Shown piece after piece: positions 39,014 through 51,165 of a DNA stretch of 64,000 nt (its first letter is position 1; every line of letters begins with the position of its first letter). Source of the DNA: Microthyrium microscopicum (Eukaryota); contig MU004236.1 in NCBI GenBank assembly GCA_010405405.1, positions 2,238,070 to 2,302,069 on the forward strand, in the 5' to 3' direction. Both the position numbers and the translations under genes were made by a program. The notes below the pieces were generated by a model. That model ran no database searches. It worked only from the letters and a program-made list of their open reading frames with translations, and was not told the origin of the DNA.

Positions 39014-42000
39014 ATGGCTGCCACACAAGATCCTGCCTCTCATGGTCAGGCTACCTTGAAGCTTGAAAATGTGAGCTTCTTCGCTTGATTTGTGTGCCAT
39101 ATCTAACCTAAGACTAGACCGAAAAACGGGATGCGCTTCAAGCAATAGAACAGAAATATCAAAAGCAATGGCAAGATCAACATATCTATCAATCTAATGC
39201 ACCAACTCTGGCCGAATATCCTGGCTCTACTGATCCAGAGGAACTGCGCCAAAAAGTTCCAAAATTCTTTGGTACTATGGCATATCCATATGTCAATGGA
39301 ACCCCTCATCTAGGACATGCTTTCACAGTTACCAAAATCGAGTTCAATGCTCGAGTAGCCCGAGCACAAGGGAAAAGAGCTCTATATCCTCAGGGCTATC
39401 ATTGTACTGGTATGCCTATCAAAGCTTGCGCCGATAAGCTTGTCAGAGAGGTCGAGCTTTTTGGCAAGAATTTCGATGGATTTTCAGAAGAGGCAGAAGA
39501 GGCTGCGGCCAATGCTGCCGTGCCAGCACCCTCGAGCACCGAAACCAAGGCTGATATCACCAAATTTTCTAATGTCAAGAAGGGAAAAGCAGCCCTCAAG
39601 ACCATCAAAACTAAATATCAATTCCAAGTCATGCTGTCCATGGGAATTCCTCGAGAAGAGATTCACAAATTTGCCGATTCCAATCACTGGCTCCAGCATT
39701 TCCCTCAGCTCTGGGAAGAACACCTCAATCAAATGGGTTGCTCGATAGATTGGCGGAGAAGTTTCGTCACTACACCCGCAAATCCCTATTACAATGCATT
39801 TGTTGAATGGCAAATGAGGCGTCTAAAAGAGCTTGGAAAAATCCAATTTGGCAAGCGTTACACAGTATACTCGCCAAAGGACGGACAAGCTTGCCTCGAT
39901 CACGATCGACAGTCTGGTGAAGGTGTCCTGGTTCAAGAGTACCTTGCCATCAAATGCAAAGTCAAGACTTGGTCAGATGCTGCAGCGAAGGCAATCGAGG
40001 GCAAAGTTTCATCTGGCGCCAAAGTCTATCTCGTTCCGGCTACTCTACGACCTGAGACTATGTATGGTCAAACCAATGTCTTTGTCTCGCCGAAGATCAC
40101 ATACGGCATTTTCAAAGTATCTGACGACGAATACTATCTCATTACTAACCGTGGGGCTCGAAATATGGCTTATCAAAGTATCTTCCCCAAATGGGGCGAG
40201 TTTCCTAAAGTTGCAGACATATCGGGTGGAGATGTTGTGGGAACACTAATAGAAGCTCCTTTAAGCGCCCGGAAAGAAGTATATGTCGTACCTATGGATA
40301 CCATCAAAGACTCCAAGGGTACCGGTGTGGTCACATCCGTGCCATCAGACAGTCCCGATGATTACGCAATGACCATTGACCTTGGGAAGAAGGCGGATTT
40401 CTACAAGATCAAACCCGAATGGGTCCCGCAAGATATCCTCCCAATTATTGAGACACCCACGTACGGAAACCTCATTGCTGAGGCTTTAGTCAAGCAAATG
40501 AAGATCAATTCCCCAAAGGACGCCAAAGCACTCGCAGAAGCAAAAGACATTGCTTACAAGGAAGGCTTCTATCAGGGCAAGATGATTTATGGCGAGTTCT
40601 CTGGACTCTCTGTTCAAGATGCCAAGCCCAAAGCCCGGCAAGTCCTCATCGACCAAGGCCTAGCTTTCAATTACGCAGAGCCTGATGGCCTTGTGATGTC
40701 CCGTTCCGGTGACGAATGTACTGCAGCCCTCCTAGATCAGTGGTTCCTCACATATGGAGCCGCGGATGAAAAGTGGCGAGACGAGGTACTAGACCATGTC
40801 AACGGAAAGGATGGCCTCGGGTTCAATGGCTATACACAGGCGACCACACATGCTCTTAATCATACCCTCGATTGGATGAACCAATGGGCGGTTACTAGAC
40901 AATTTGGACTCGGAACAAAACTTCCTTGGGACAAGTCACAGCTTGTTGAGTCTCTTTCGGATTCTACAATATACATGGCTTACTACACAATTGCTCCATT
41001 CCTTCATGCCGATATCTTCGGCAAAACACAAGGCACAGGAAAGATCTCTGCATCTCAAATGACTGACGAAGTTTGGGATTATGTCTTTGCTATTTCGACC
41101 GAAGTCAAATCCGATATTCCCAAGGAGACTTTAGACGCTATGCGACGAGAATTCACATACTGGTACCCACTTGATGTAAGAATCAGTGGCAAGGATCTCA
41201 TCAATAACCATCTCATCTTCTTCCTCTATATCCACCAGGCTATATGGGGAAAGAAAGCTCCTCAATATCTACCCAAAGGAATTCGCATGAACGGCCACGC
41301 CATGCTCAACGGTGAGAAGATGAGCAAAAGCACTGGCAATTTCTTGTCCCTCTCAGACGGTGTCAAGAAATTCGGTGCCGATGCCTGCCGAGTAGCTCTC
41401 GCGGACGCTGGTGATGGTCTTGAAGATGCCAATTTTGAGGAGACTGTTGCAAATGCTGTCATCCTCAAACTTTTTGAACTTCGCAAGTGGATAGAAGAGG
41501 TTATTGGTGAATCCCGGGTTCTGAAGGATGGAGAAGACTTTGTCAGCGTAAAAGAGGCTGAAAAGCCTCGCAATCTCGATCTCCTTCAGCGTACTGGGAA
41601 AAAATTGTTTTGGGATGAGCTCTTCGAGAATGAGCTTAATATGCTTGCTGCTGAGGCTATCAAGCAGTATTCCGAGTGAGTTTGTCTGTACCATATTCCT
41701 ACTGCTATGCTAATGTTAGTAGGACAAACTACAAGGCTGCTCTCCTAGCAGCATATTACGACTTCACGAGCGCTCGAGATACATATCGCATAGCCGCCAA
41801 TTCCTCCGGCGTTGGAATGCACCAAGATCTCATTCGTCGCTACGTCGACCTCCAAGCCCGCCTTCTTGCACCTATTGCTCCCCATTGGTGCGATTATATC
41901 TGGCAAGAAGTTCTCAAGAACGCAAGTCATCCAAATTTTGCAACTCTACTCAGCTAGAAATCTATCTAACTATCCTTAGAAATCGACCGTCACCCTCGAA

Positions 42001-42576
42001 GTCTTCCCCACCGTCCCAGCACCTAAACCAGAGCTCACCGCCGCCCTCGAATACGTGCGCGCCACCACATCCTCCATCGGATCCGCCGAGGGAGCCCAAG
42101 CCAAGAAACTCGCGAAAGGCAAATCAACCCACTACGACCCTAAAGCCGATAAGAAGCTCACCATCTATGTTGCCCAAAATTGGCCCGCCTGGCAGGCCAA
42201 GTACATCGAGCTCGTGCGCCAGCAAGTCGCTAGCCTCTCCGTCATGGACATGAAGGTCGTCAGCAAGCAGATTGACAAGCAAGATATGAAGAAGGCTATG
42301 CCGTTTGTGCAGATGCTTAAGCGTAAGCTAGATACAGGCGAGAGCAGTGAAGCTGTGCTGGAGCGTAAATTGCTCTTTGACGAGGTGACAGTGGCCAAGG
42401 AGATGGCGTCGGGACTGTTGAGTACGGTGCCGAAGCTCAAGATTGTTGATGTTGTGCTCGTTGACGAGGGCGGAAAGACAGGTACCAGTGTTAGTGGAGA
42501 ACGAAAGGAGGGATTAGGGAATCTAGCTGCGAGCGCGGAGCCAGGTACGCCAAGCTTTGAGTTTAGCAATGTCTGA
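39014..42576 (+). CDS. CDC60: Leucyl-tRNA synthetase, cytosolic (eukaryote/archaeal type)
   Basis: Exons 39014-39070, 39118-41675, 41723-41921, 41980-42576; HIGH-like PYVNGTPHLGH, KMSKS, CP1 editing motifs ATLRPET and GTGVVTSVPSDSPDD; last intron GC-AG. Orthology versus paralogy to CDC60 is uncertain. Confidence 0.93.
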
Positions 42577-43246
42577 GGTTAGCTAGAGCGGGTACTAGTA
42601 GAAAAAGAATGGGATTATTCGTGTTCTTCATCGGCTTCTTCTGGCTTGTGGATGTGTGATGCACTTCCATTACGAGGGGTTTGGTAAGTATATCCAAGTT
42701 GATGGCAGAGTTGCACTGACTGGCTACGAGATTCTAAAGCACTATATGCAAGCTAAGTCATCTTTCTGATGTCAAAGTAAGCGAGCCATTTGAGTGCTGC
42801 TCCTACGTGTTTCCGCATCGCATGTGATGTCGCCCATCGGACTCGATGGCAGAATTATGGTGATAGAAACAGCGGGTGTTGTAAAATTATATATCCTGGA
42901 CCAACTCTACGCTGATTGAATTGTGTGTTTTTCCATCGCATATGATGGGCGCCATCGCACTCCACAACTAAAGAATAAGATGTTTCCCGTTGCATTCGAT
43001 GGGAGCATTCCTGAGAAGGAACAGCTGTCATGTCGACCAAGTCATATCCGCTGCTTGAGCAATCATGGGAAGGAACAGCTGCAATGTTGCCCATCTGCAT
43101 TGCACTTGCGATTATGGAAGAGAAAACAATCCCAATGAACGTCTCCGAGTCTCTTTACAGCAACGATAACATCATACACCATTCAGAATCATCAACAACA
43201 TCACGTACCATTCTGCACCCTGGAGAACACAATCACAGACTACAAC

Positions 43247-44352
43247 ATGAATATTCGGATACCTGCCCGGGAGCAGTTGTTCCAGGGTGTAGGCAAAACG
43301 CCTTTACTCATAATACGCCATGCCTACGCCAAATCCGGTGATGGAGAGCCCCGCGTACTCTTCGAATTACCGATATGGGAAAACAATGAGAAATTTCATC
43401 ACGCCACTGCATTGATCATGTGCGGTAAGTGCCTCCAGAACTATATTGTCTAGAAGCCTATGGCTGACAGCTCTATCTAGGCATAGTCACACAGAACTCG
43501 TGGAAGACCGGCCACTTCAAAAGAGGAGGCCAACTGATCCCTCAGTGCAACGGCTTGAAACCTGGAACTATTGACTACTTTATTGGCAATACCAATTATG
43601 ATGTAACTCGCAACTTCGACAGCTGGCGCGCTCCGTCGCTAGAGCAATTGCCCTTTGACTTCAAGAACTTTGACATGCCACCTCCCATCGCCTTCCCCAT
43701 CGACGTTCTCAATAATATTTCGCGGCTCTATAGCTGCCGACTTACCGGAGAGTATGAAGGATGCGTCGAGACCTATCTAGTCCCCGGAAACGAGAATTCG
43801 CAAAACTGCCTAATGTTACGTCAAGATTTCGCAACTCTCCTTCGACTCGGTGTTTGGATGCCTGCGATCAAGAAGTCCACACTGGTTGCTCACGTTCTGA
43901 GTCAAGTATCTACACCAAACCTTGAGCATCGAGACACAACAGACCAACGCATGCGCACCTGTATTTCCTACACATTCGTCAATCGTTGGCATAATCGGGC
44001 AATGATGTCACTACACGGAGTTGACAAGACCCTGCTATTCGCAAGAATGGGAATGTGCATTTTCAGCCACCTCAGGTATTGGGATGATGACGATACACTA
44101 GCTGAGAAATCGACTATCACAGAAAGCGTCGAAACCCCGATCACTGCGAGCCAGATGGAAGGCCAAGGTACCACTAGTCGAGAGGATACAGTTATGAATA
44201 CGGACGATGGTACAGGTGAAAGCCTTACTGACGAGGAATACGAAATGGACATCAGCAAATACATCAACAGTGACGGAAGTCTCAACATAAGTCCCCCATC
44301 GGACGATGACTTCGATGAGAATGGAAGAACCAGTGCAGGTCATAATGCTTAG
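43247..44352 (+). CDS. Fungal HNH-endonuclease-like protein (HNH_2-type family), apparently catalytically degenerate
   Basis: Exons 43247-43424 and 43481-44352 join in frame; family-like motifs IIRHAY..LFEL, HHATALIMCGIV..N.W, CRLTG, LVP, N.LMLRQD, LVAHVL, HN...L.GV...LLFAR; acidic tail. Confidence 0.65.
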
Positions 44353-45382
44353 GAAGACTTTGAACACCGCTGCAAAGTAAAGACCGAGTACGAGAGGCGC
44401 CAGCGCAGGCAATTCTCTTTCCTCAGTTGATTTATCATTAATTCCCAGAGTTTTGAATAAACCATCAATACCAAGATTGATACAAGGCAACAAAAGTGAG
44501 CAAAGTGAATGCCGTGTCGAATTCGATGTCGTGACTGCCACCGGACAGAAATTTATCCGATGCCTTGCGCGTAAAGAAGATTAACTTGAACTAGAGTACT
44601 TGATGCCACAAAGAAAAAACACACGATATGCAGAGTTTATAACTTCGTAGATCAAAAACATTGAGTAGTTTCTCCTTGAGTATATAGCGATATCAGTATT
44701 AGCTACAGATAATTAGATCTTCTATACCATGACATGAATATGGTTTAAACATATAAGAGAGGCCCCCAAATCTTGTTGTAACAATCACTCCTCAAACAGC
44801 TACGAACAAGATAGCAACCCATCCTAATGTCGCACCATTCCTACCACTATTATTAGAAGATACAAATCACCTAGTTCCTCCTCATTCAAACCTTTCAGGC
44901 GTGTTTCCAAATCCTTTCCACGTGCCCCATCAACTTTATACCCTGTTCCGCACGGAAAAGCCCCCATCATATAAACAACTTTGTACCCTACCCCAGCCTA
45001 CGAAAAGTAGTTCAAAGCTGGGTTTTTACAACTAAGATATGTTGTGTTATTGATCCTGTGAGGTATAAGATGGCCTCGTATAGCCAATAAACAATATGAT
45101 ATGTAGGTCCAGTGCTGTACTTCTGACAGCAGGGCAGTCTATCTCGCGCTCCTGAGTGGCTATTTCTGGCGGAGAGAGACCTGGACCATGATATTGTTTA
45201 TGAATGATCGTTCGTGCTGTGAAGCTTTAAGTTGTGGTTCGTTGCTGTTCCTCTGACCAGTCATATTCTGTTCGCTTCAAACAAGATATCTCTAAATTCT
45301 AAGTCCACCACGCATCATACATCGTGATATCATATCACCTCTCCCCAGCAACGAGATCTATCTTTCGTATCCAACCACCACA

Positions 45383-46297
45383 ATGCCTCGTCTCCTCTCG
45401 CCCATCCTGCTCACAATCCTCCTCCTTATCTCCACCATCCACGCCTGGTGTCCTCCCGGAACATGGCAAGACCAAAACGGCCACTGCCACGCCCGCGACC
45501 CCTATGGCTGGCGCGATCCACCACCAAACTACTACGATGACCGCAACCGTCCTCACGACCGAGATCGTGATCGAGACCGCAACCAAGCAACTCGAGACCG
45601 CGATCGCGACAACGTAGCCTACTCCCGCGCCAACCACCCCTCCTACTTCTTCAGCTCCCACCGCCGCGGCGCCATAAACCCCCTCCGCGCACGCAATCCG
45701 CCGCCCTCTCGCTTGAACGTCGACTGGAAACTCGCATCCAACGTACGCACCGCGCACGGAATCATGGCCGCGCTAGCATTCGTAGCACTCTTTCCCATCG
45801 GCGCCATATCCGCCGCAATACTCCCAGGAATGCTAGGCGTAGGCGTGCATGTCGTAGTGCAGATGTTGGGGTTCGTCAGCTACCTAATCGCCTTCGCAAT
45901 GGGCATTTGGCTCTGTTCCGTAATACGATGGCGAGATTTCGATCTATTCAGCAACTACCACCCGATCATCGGCATGATATTGTTCGTCATCATATTTTTC
46001 CAGCCAGTGAGTGGGGCGTTGCATCACAGGGGATATAAGAATCACGGGCGGAGAGGAGGATGTAGTTATTTGCATGTTTGGTTGGGTAGGATAGCGATAC
46101 TGGTGGGCATGATCAATGGTGGACTGGGGTTGTATATTGCGGGTAATGCGACGAGGGGACAGGTGTTGGCTTACGGGGTTACGGCGGCTCTGGTGCTGGT
46201 GATTTGGGGATTGGCGAGTTGTTGTGGGGCGTTTAGGAGACATCGGAAGAATGTGCCTAGAAGGGAAAAGAGGTTGGCTACTGGGGAGAGGGTGTAG
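45383..46297 (+). CDS. Cytochrome b561-like membrane protein (type usually fused to DOMON) with signal peptide
   Basis: N-terminal signal peptide; TM helices with heme-type His residues AHGIMAALAF, VHVVVQ, HPIIG, HVWLGR and 'INGGLGL'. Confidence 0.8.
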   Translation: MPRLLSPILLTILLLISTIHAWCPPGTWQDQNGHCHARDPYGWRDPPPNYYDDRNRPHDRDRDRDRNQATRDRDRDNVAYSRANHPSYFFSSHRRGAINPLRARNPPPSRLNVDWKLASNVRTAHGIMAALAFVALFPIGAISAAILPGMLGVGVHVVVQMLGFVSYLIAFAMGIWLCSVIRWRDFDLFSNYHPIIGMILFVIIFFQPVSGALHHRGYKNHGRRGGCSYLHVWLGRIAILVGMINGGLGLYIAGNATRGQVLAYGVTAALVLVIWGLASCCGAFRRHRKNVPRREKRLATGERV

Positions 46298-48605
46298 TTG
46301 TCATGGCCTGGTGATGTTGAAAAGGGGGATTGATGTTGATATTGATTTTGGGACATGCTGTCTGGTGGTAATTGTTCTTCGTTTCTGGTTTTCATGGGCG
46401 CGTATCTGATTTTTGCTTCATGCTACACAATACCCACTCCTTAGACTTGATGGTTTATATTCCTAGCTCTTGCATTTTATGACATGGACTTGGCTGTCCA
46501 TCTTTGTCACCGTTACCATTCACTTGAAGGCAGTCCCGATTGATTCATATAAGTGGCTGTTTTGACTTCATGATCTCGAGCTTCTATGAATATGTCCCAT
46601 GTCAAGAAGAATGAACTATGATCTTGACAGAAAGTGCCTTTTGGTGATAGCCTCACTTGCTCTGTACGTCTTGGATTGGGTCCACGTAAATCTAGAATTT
46701 TGAGGACTTCCGCCGTTCGGCGACCGGATAAATCGAAAACACCCATTTGTAGTACGCTACGAGCTCACCTTGTATACAAAATTGATTACATTTTAGTCGA
46801 GCTTAATGGGTTTGTTCGTGTAGTTCTTTCCTAATCTCTCGTGAGTTCTTGCTTACCTGGACGAAGCCGCTGCCCGCAGCAGCTCCTGCCAATTGAACAA
46901 AACTTTTTCTACTGCAGTACTTGATGCCAGCGATTGTACTACCCCATCAAATAGTGGGACAAACTGCCAAGGATGAAGTTAGGATAATCGGCCACAAAGA
47001 CCCAAATGCAGGCCGGAGGTTGCTCCAACCTGGAAAAGTGTATGATCGTAGCCGGGGATTTTGCCACGCGACAGATCATGAACTCATCGCCAACGTTCAG
47101 CGCGGCAACAACGACGTGCCAACGGACCAGGCATTGGTGTTGTGGTCAACATTAATCAAGACTCGAGAACCAACGAATGGAAAAGGCGAGCAAAGACTCC
47201 ACACGTTGAGGCAACACAAGATGCAAGCACCGTGAAACCCAGCCGATGGATGGCAATTCCGACGTTCCGAGCCGCTGCAGCCACCAAGCCACACAGCAAA
47301 GCTCTTTGCGGGTTGCTGGGATGCCAGCTGAGAGCTCCTTGTTATTTTTTCGCGCGCTGGTCGCGCAGCTGATTATTTTTATTTCTTAGGTATGACAACT
47401 CGCACAGATTGGTCCAGTAGTCTGGATAAGATGCATATTACACTGCAGATGGGCCAAAAAGCGGTACAGACTGCATTTAGTGAAGATGCAGATTGGATGG
47501 GTTTGAGGAAGACATGATGATGATGCAGCAAACACGTCAAGACCAGGTTGGGCGCGACAGGGTTTGTTTACAATTTGACGGGATTTTGTTTGTTGACTTG
47601 CTGGTGCCGGGCTGGGAAACCTGGAGAGAGAAAAGTCATGACGGGGAATCAAGGGCCTGTTTAAGCTGCCAACCACGGGTTCAAGACGTCGATTTGGGAT
47701 ATGAGAGGCTCGAGATATTGCCAGAGCTTTGGGTGTATCTTCATAGGAAATGAAGAGAATTGATTGGAGTGGTGCAAGTTTGGGAGAGTGTAACTTTGGC
47801 AGGCGCGATCCATCCAACTGAAATTGCGGCAAGCCTCGGGCAGGTGCCTCCCCAGCTCTTTCCTCTTGCACCCATTGATGAGGAAGCCGCGATTAAAACC
47901 TTGCCAATAATTGCGCTTTTCATGTGAAAATACTAGCCGGAAACTCAGAGCAAGAACAACAAACAATTGTTTGTAAATCCTCTTAGGGAAATAGCTCTGG
48001 GAACTAGTCCCTAATAGCCAGTGGTGCCCGCCTCCACAATCCAAGTCCACGCGGAAGGAAAGACCTTGAGACCCAAGGCCAAGGCATCAATTATTCGCTC
48101 ATCGCTGTGTCACGCTTGAAATCTCCACAACCTCTCTTTTCTCTCACCACTTCCTCTTATCCTCAAACTTCTCTCCCCCCCTATCTCCTCAAGTCCCAAG
48201 CTCTTACAAGTCTCGATATACACCACTCGACTTTGCCTTGTTCGCGTTCTGCTTCGGCGTTTTGGGTGCTGTTCTTGCTGTGTTTATTGCTCGCCTGTTG
48301 TTGCTTGTTCACCTAGCCTCGACCATCAATAAATTCGACCAGGGTCGCTCGTCAAATACAGTAGACACTGCTATCAATCACCCCTTCCGGCCACCCAGAC
48401 GACAATTATCCCCGGCAAGCAAAATACCTAAAGCCTACCTCCCCGACCTTTGGTCAGATAATACCTCATAACAACATCAGTCATCAGCTTTTTATCCTCT
48501 CTATGCCTTGGTCTCCACCATCCTCCCCGTGCGACCCTCGAGCTCTACTACCTTCGATCTCTCTTACAACACTATAATTCTGCCTGGCTCAGGTAGGCGC
48601 CTCCA

Positions 48606-50501
48606 ATGGATCAATCACATCCCAACGGAGGCCCTCCTCCGCCTCCTCCACCACCGCCTCATGGCGAAAATCCAAAATCCTCGAGCTCTTCTGGTCTGCC
48701 ACCGGGCAACTACGACATATTTATAATACCTCCTCATTCCGCTGGCGGAGGCTTTATCTACCTACCATCTTTGAAGCCTCAATGGAATAGCTTCATCGCC
48801 GGCGTAGCCTCTACGCTGTTCTGCGTATGGCTTTGGGTTATCGCACAACCTGTTCTCAAAGCATGGGTCCAGGCCGTCAGTCAATCGGGAAGCGGCTTTG
48901 GTATGCTGGTGCTGGCACTTGTAGTTGGTTTTGCTGGATGGGTCTATGGTAGAACCAATCTTCCCCCAGAAGCTGGAGCGGGACCAAAGTCATCTGGCTC
49001 ACCCCCTCCTAACGGATACCCTGGCACTGCTAATGGCGGACCTCGCGCTGGATCAGCTCCACCGCCTGGCGGACCTCAATGGGGTGGAGTACCACCTCCT
49101 AACGGGCATACACCTGGTGGACCTGGATTTGGAACTCATGGACCTGGTGCAGGATATACTAGTCATGGACAGCAACAGCATACTCACCAGCAGCAAGGCT
49201 ATCAGGGAGGACCAAATTACCAAGCACCACGAACTCCACCTCCCCCTTTCGAAGATTCGCCTCCTCCGACACCACCACCTCCTCCTCCAACGGAGCCAGA
49301 ACCCAAACCTCAACCCACCAATACCGCCTGGGAAAAGGCACGGGAAGAAACACGAAAGCGGGAGGAAGAACGGAAGAAGCAAGAAGAAGTAAAAAGAAAA
49401 CTGGAAGATGAAAGACGGAAAAAAGAAGAAGCCGAGCGAGCTGCAAAGGCAGCTGCTGAAAAACAAAAATGGGAGCAAATGCGAGCACGAGAAAAGGAAG
49501 TCCGAGAACGAGAGGCCAGAGAGAAGATTGCACGGGACCGGATAGCTAAAGACAAGGCTGAAAATGCGTCCAAAGAAGCTAAAGAGAAAGCTGACCGAGA
49601 TGCTCGCCTCAAAGCGGCTCAAGAACGGGCAGAAAAGCTTCGAGCTGAGCGGGCGGCTTCGGAGAAAGCTGCTAGCGAACGAGCAAAGAGTGAAAAGGCC
49701 CTTCCGACCTATGGAGTTGGTGAGCGCACTAATCCTTACTCCCTTCATGTGCCTGTCATTCCTGCGGCGCCAAAATCTACAACTGGAGCTTCAGGCCCCA
49801 GAAATGCACCATCGGCGAATGCTCGACCACCATATCATCACCCCACTGCTCAGTCTTACGTAGGTACTGCAACAGACACTGCTTACAGGCCATACGACAA
49901 GCCTCCAGTACAAACAAGCGCACGCTCACAATCCTCTTATGCCTCTGAATCTTCATACGCCGCCTCTGAGTCTACGGCACGAACATCGCCCCCGCCTAGC
50001 ACGCAGGAGCCATATTCGACTAAAGACCCTGGCAAGATTATTCTCCATGGCGCTTTCAAGTTCAACAATCTTTTCCCAACTGGACCGGTTGCCAGCGTCA
50101 AACCCGATGACAATGGCATCTCCGATGGCCTGATTGTTCGCATCAGCTCTCAAGGCTTGTTTTTAGACGATGACAAGCGCGCCGAAGGATTGCGGCAGTG
50201 GGATATCAAAGCCTGGACTCTCACGGCCATTGAGGTATGTACTTCCCAGCTCTTGTGTACGTTGTCTTTCTAATTGGCCTGTTAGACTGCCCAACGACGT
50301 TCTGTCACACTTGTGCGTGCCAGCATTCGCTCACAGGACGATAACAAGATCTGTTACGTTATCCCAGCCTCCGAGTCCTGGAAAGTCACCAAAGGTCTCA
50401 AGGATCTCAAGGGCGGCTCATTGATCCGCTCCACTTGCAAGGAGGGTGTCATCAAAGATGCTGAGGCCAATCGCCTGTTTGCGTCAATGGACATCGAGTA
50501 G
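48606..50501 (+). CDS. Conserved-type fungal hypothetical protein (two TM helices, Pro-rich, coiled coil)
   Basis: Exons 48606-50234 and 50286-50501; GNYDIFIIPPHSAGGGFIYLPSL, two TM segments, poly-Pro, E/K/R coiled coil, C-terminal DGLIVRI...GLFLDDD...QWDIKAWTL. Confidence 0.85.
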
Positions 50502-51165
50502 TCGAGCATTACAGAGGATCCCAGGTACATGTGTGTATACTGAAGTAGTACGTGACTCTACGACAATGTCTCTACGGCAATGCGATCGGCTGGCAGTATT
50601 CGAGAACGACAGGGGCGGAGGATTTTGCATATGTGTTTCATTTTCGAGCTGGTGTTCCGTGTGTGGTGTTTTATTCGTTCGAAGCCAAAGTGATGGAAGA
50701 GATACCCCCCGTTTTGTCCACGTCGTGTGGAAAAAGTACTTTTATTGCATAGGAACTTGCGTGTTCTGTCTGCATCAGCGTTGGAGTTTTGCGCTTTTTT
50801 TCGAACTAGCTTGTTGGGCCTGATTTGGCTTCGCTGGGCGTGTCTATAGATTAGATGATAGCTGGATTGTGTATGAAAGCTACGTATGGTGGGAGAGAGA
50901 TGAAGGGGACGAGGTGTTGTGATGAGTTGAGGCAAGGAGGTTGTATATAGGATGTGGAATGCAGAATGTATATTGAGATTGATGTGTTGTACAAAGAATC
51001 AAGTGAACGATACGACTGTAGTATGCAAGCTCTTAACTTCTCCTATACAATCATGGGGTTTCTTGTGGGTTCAATATTGTTGTTCGTAAGGGAGTACAAA
51101 ATTCTATCAAGGCTATGCTACATATTATACATTATAGCAATAGATCCATCTCATTCAACTCCCCA

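Noticed and set aside
46400..48600. Several short ORFs in the region upstream of the 48606 gene
   Set aside because: No recognisable motifs or consistent splice pattern; likely promoter and long 5' UTR.
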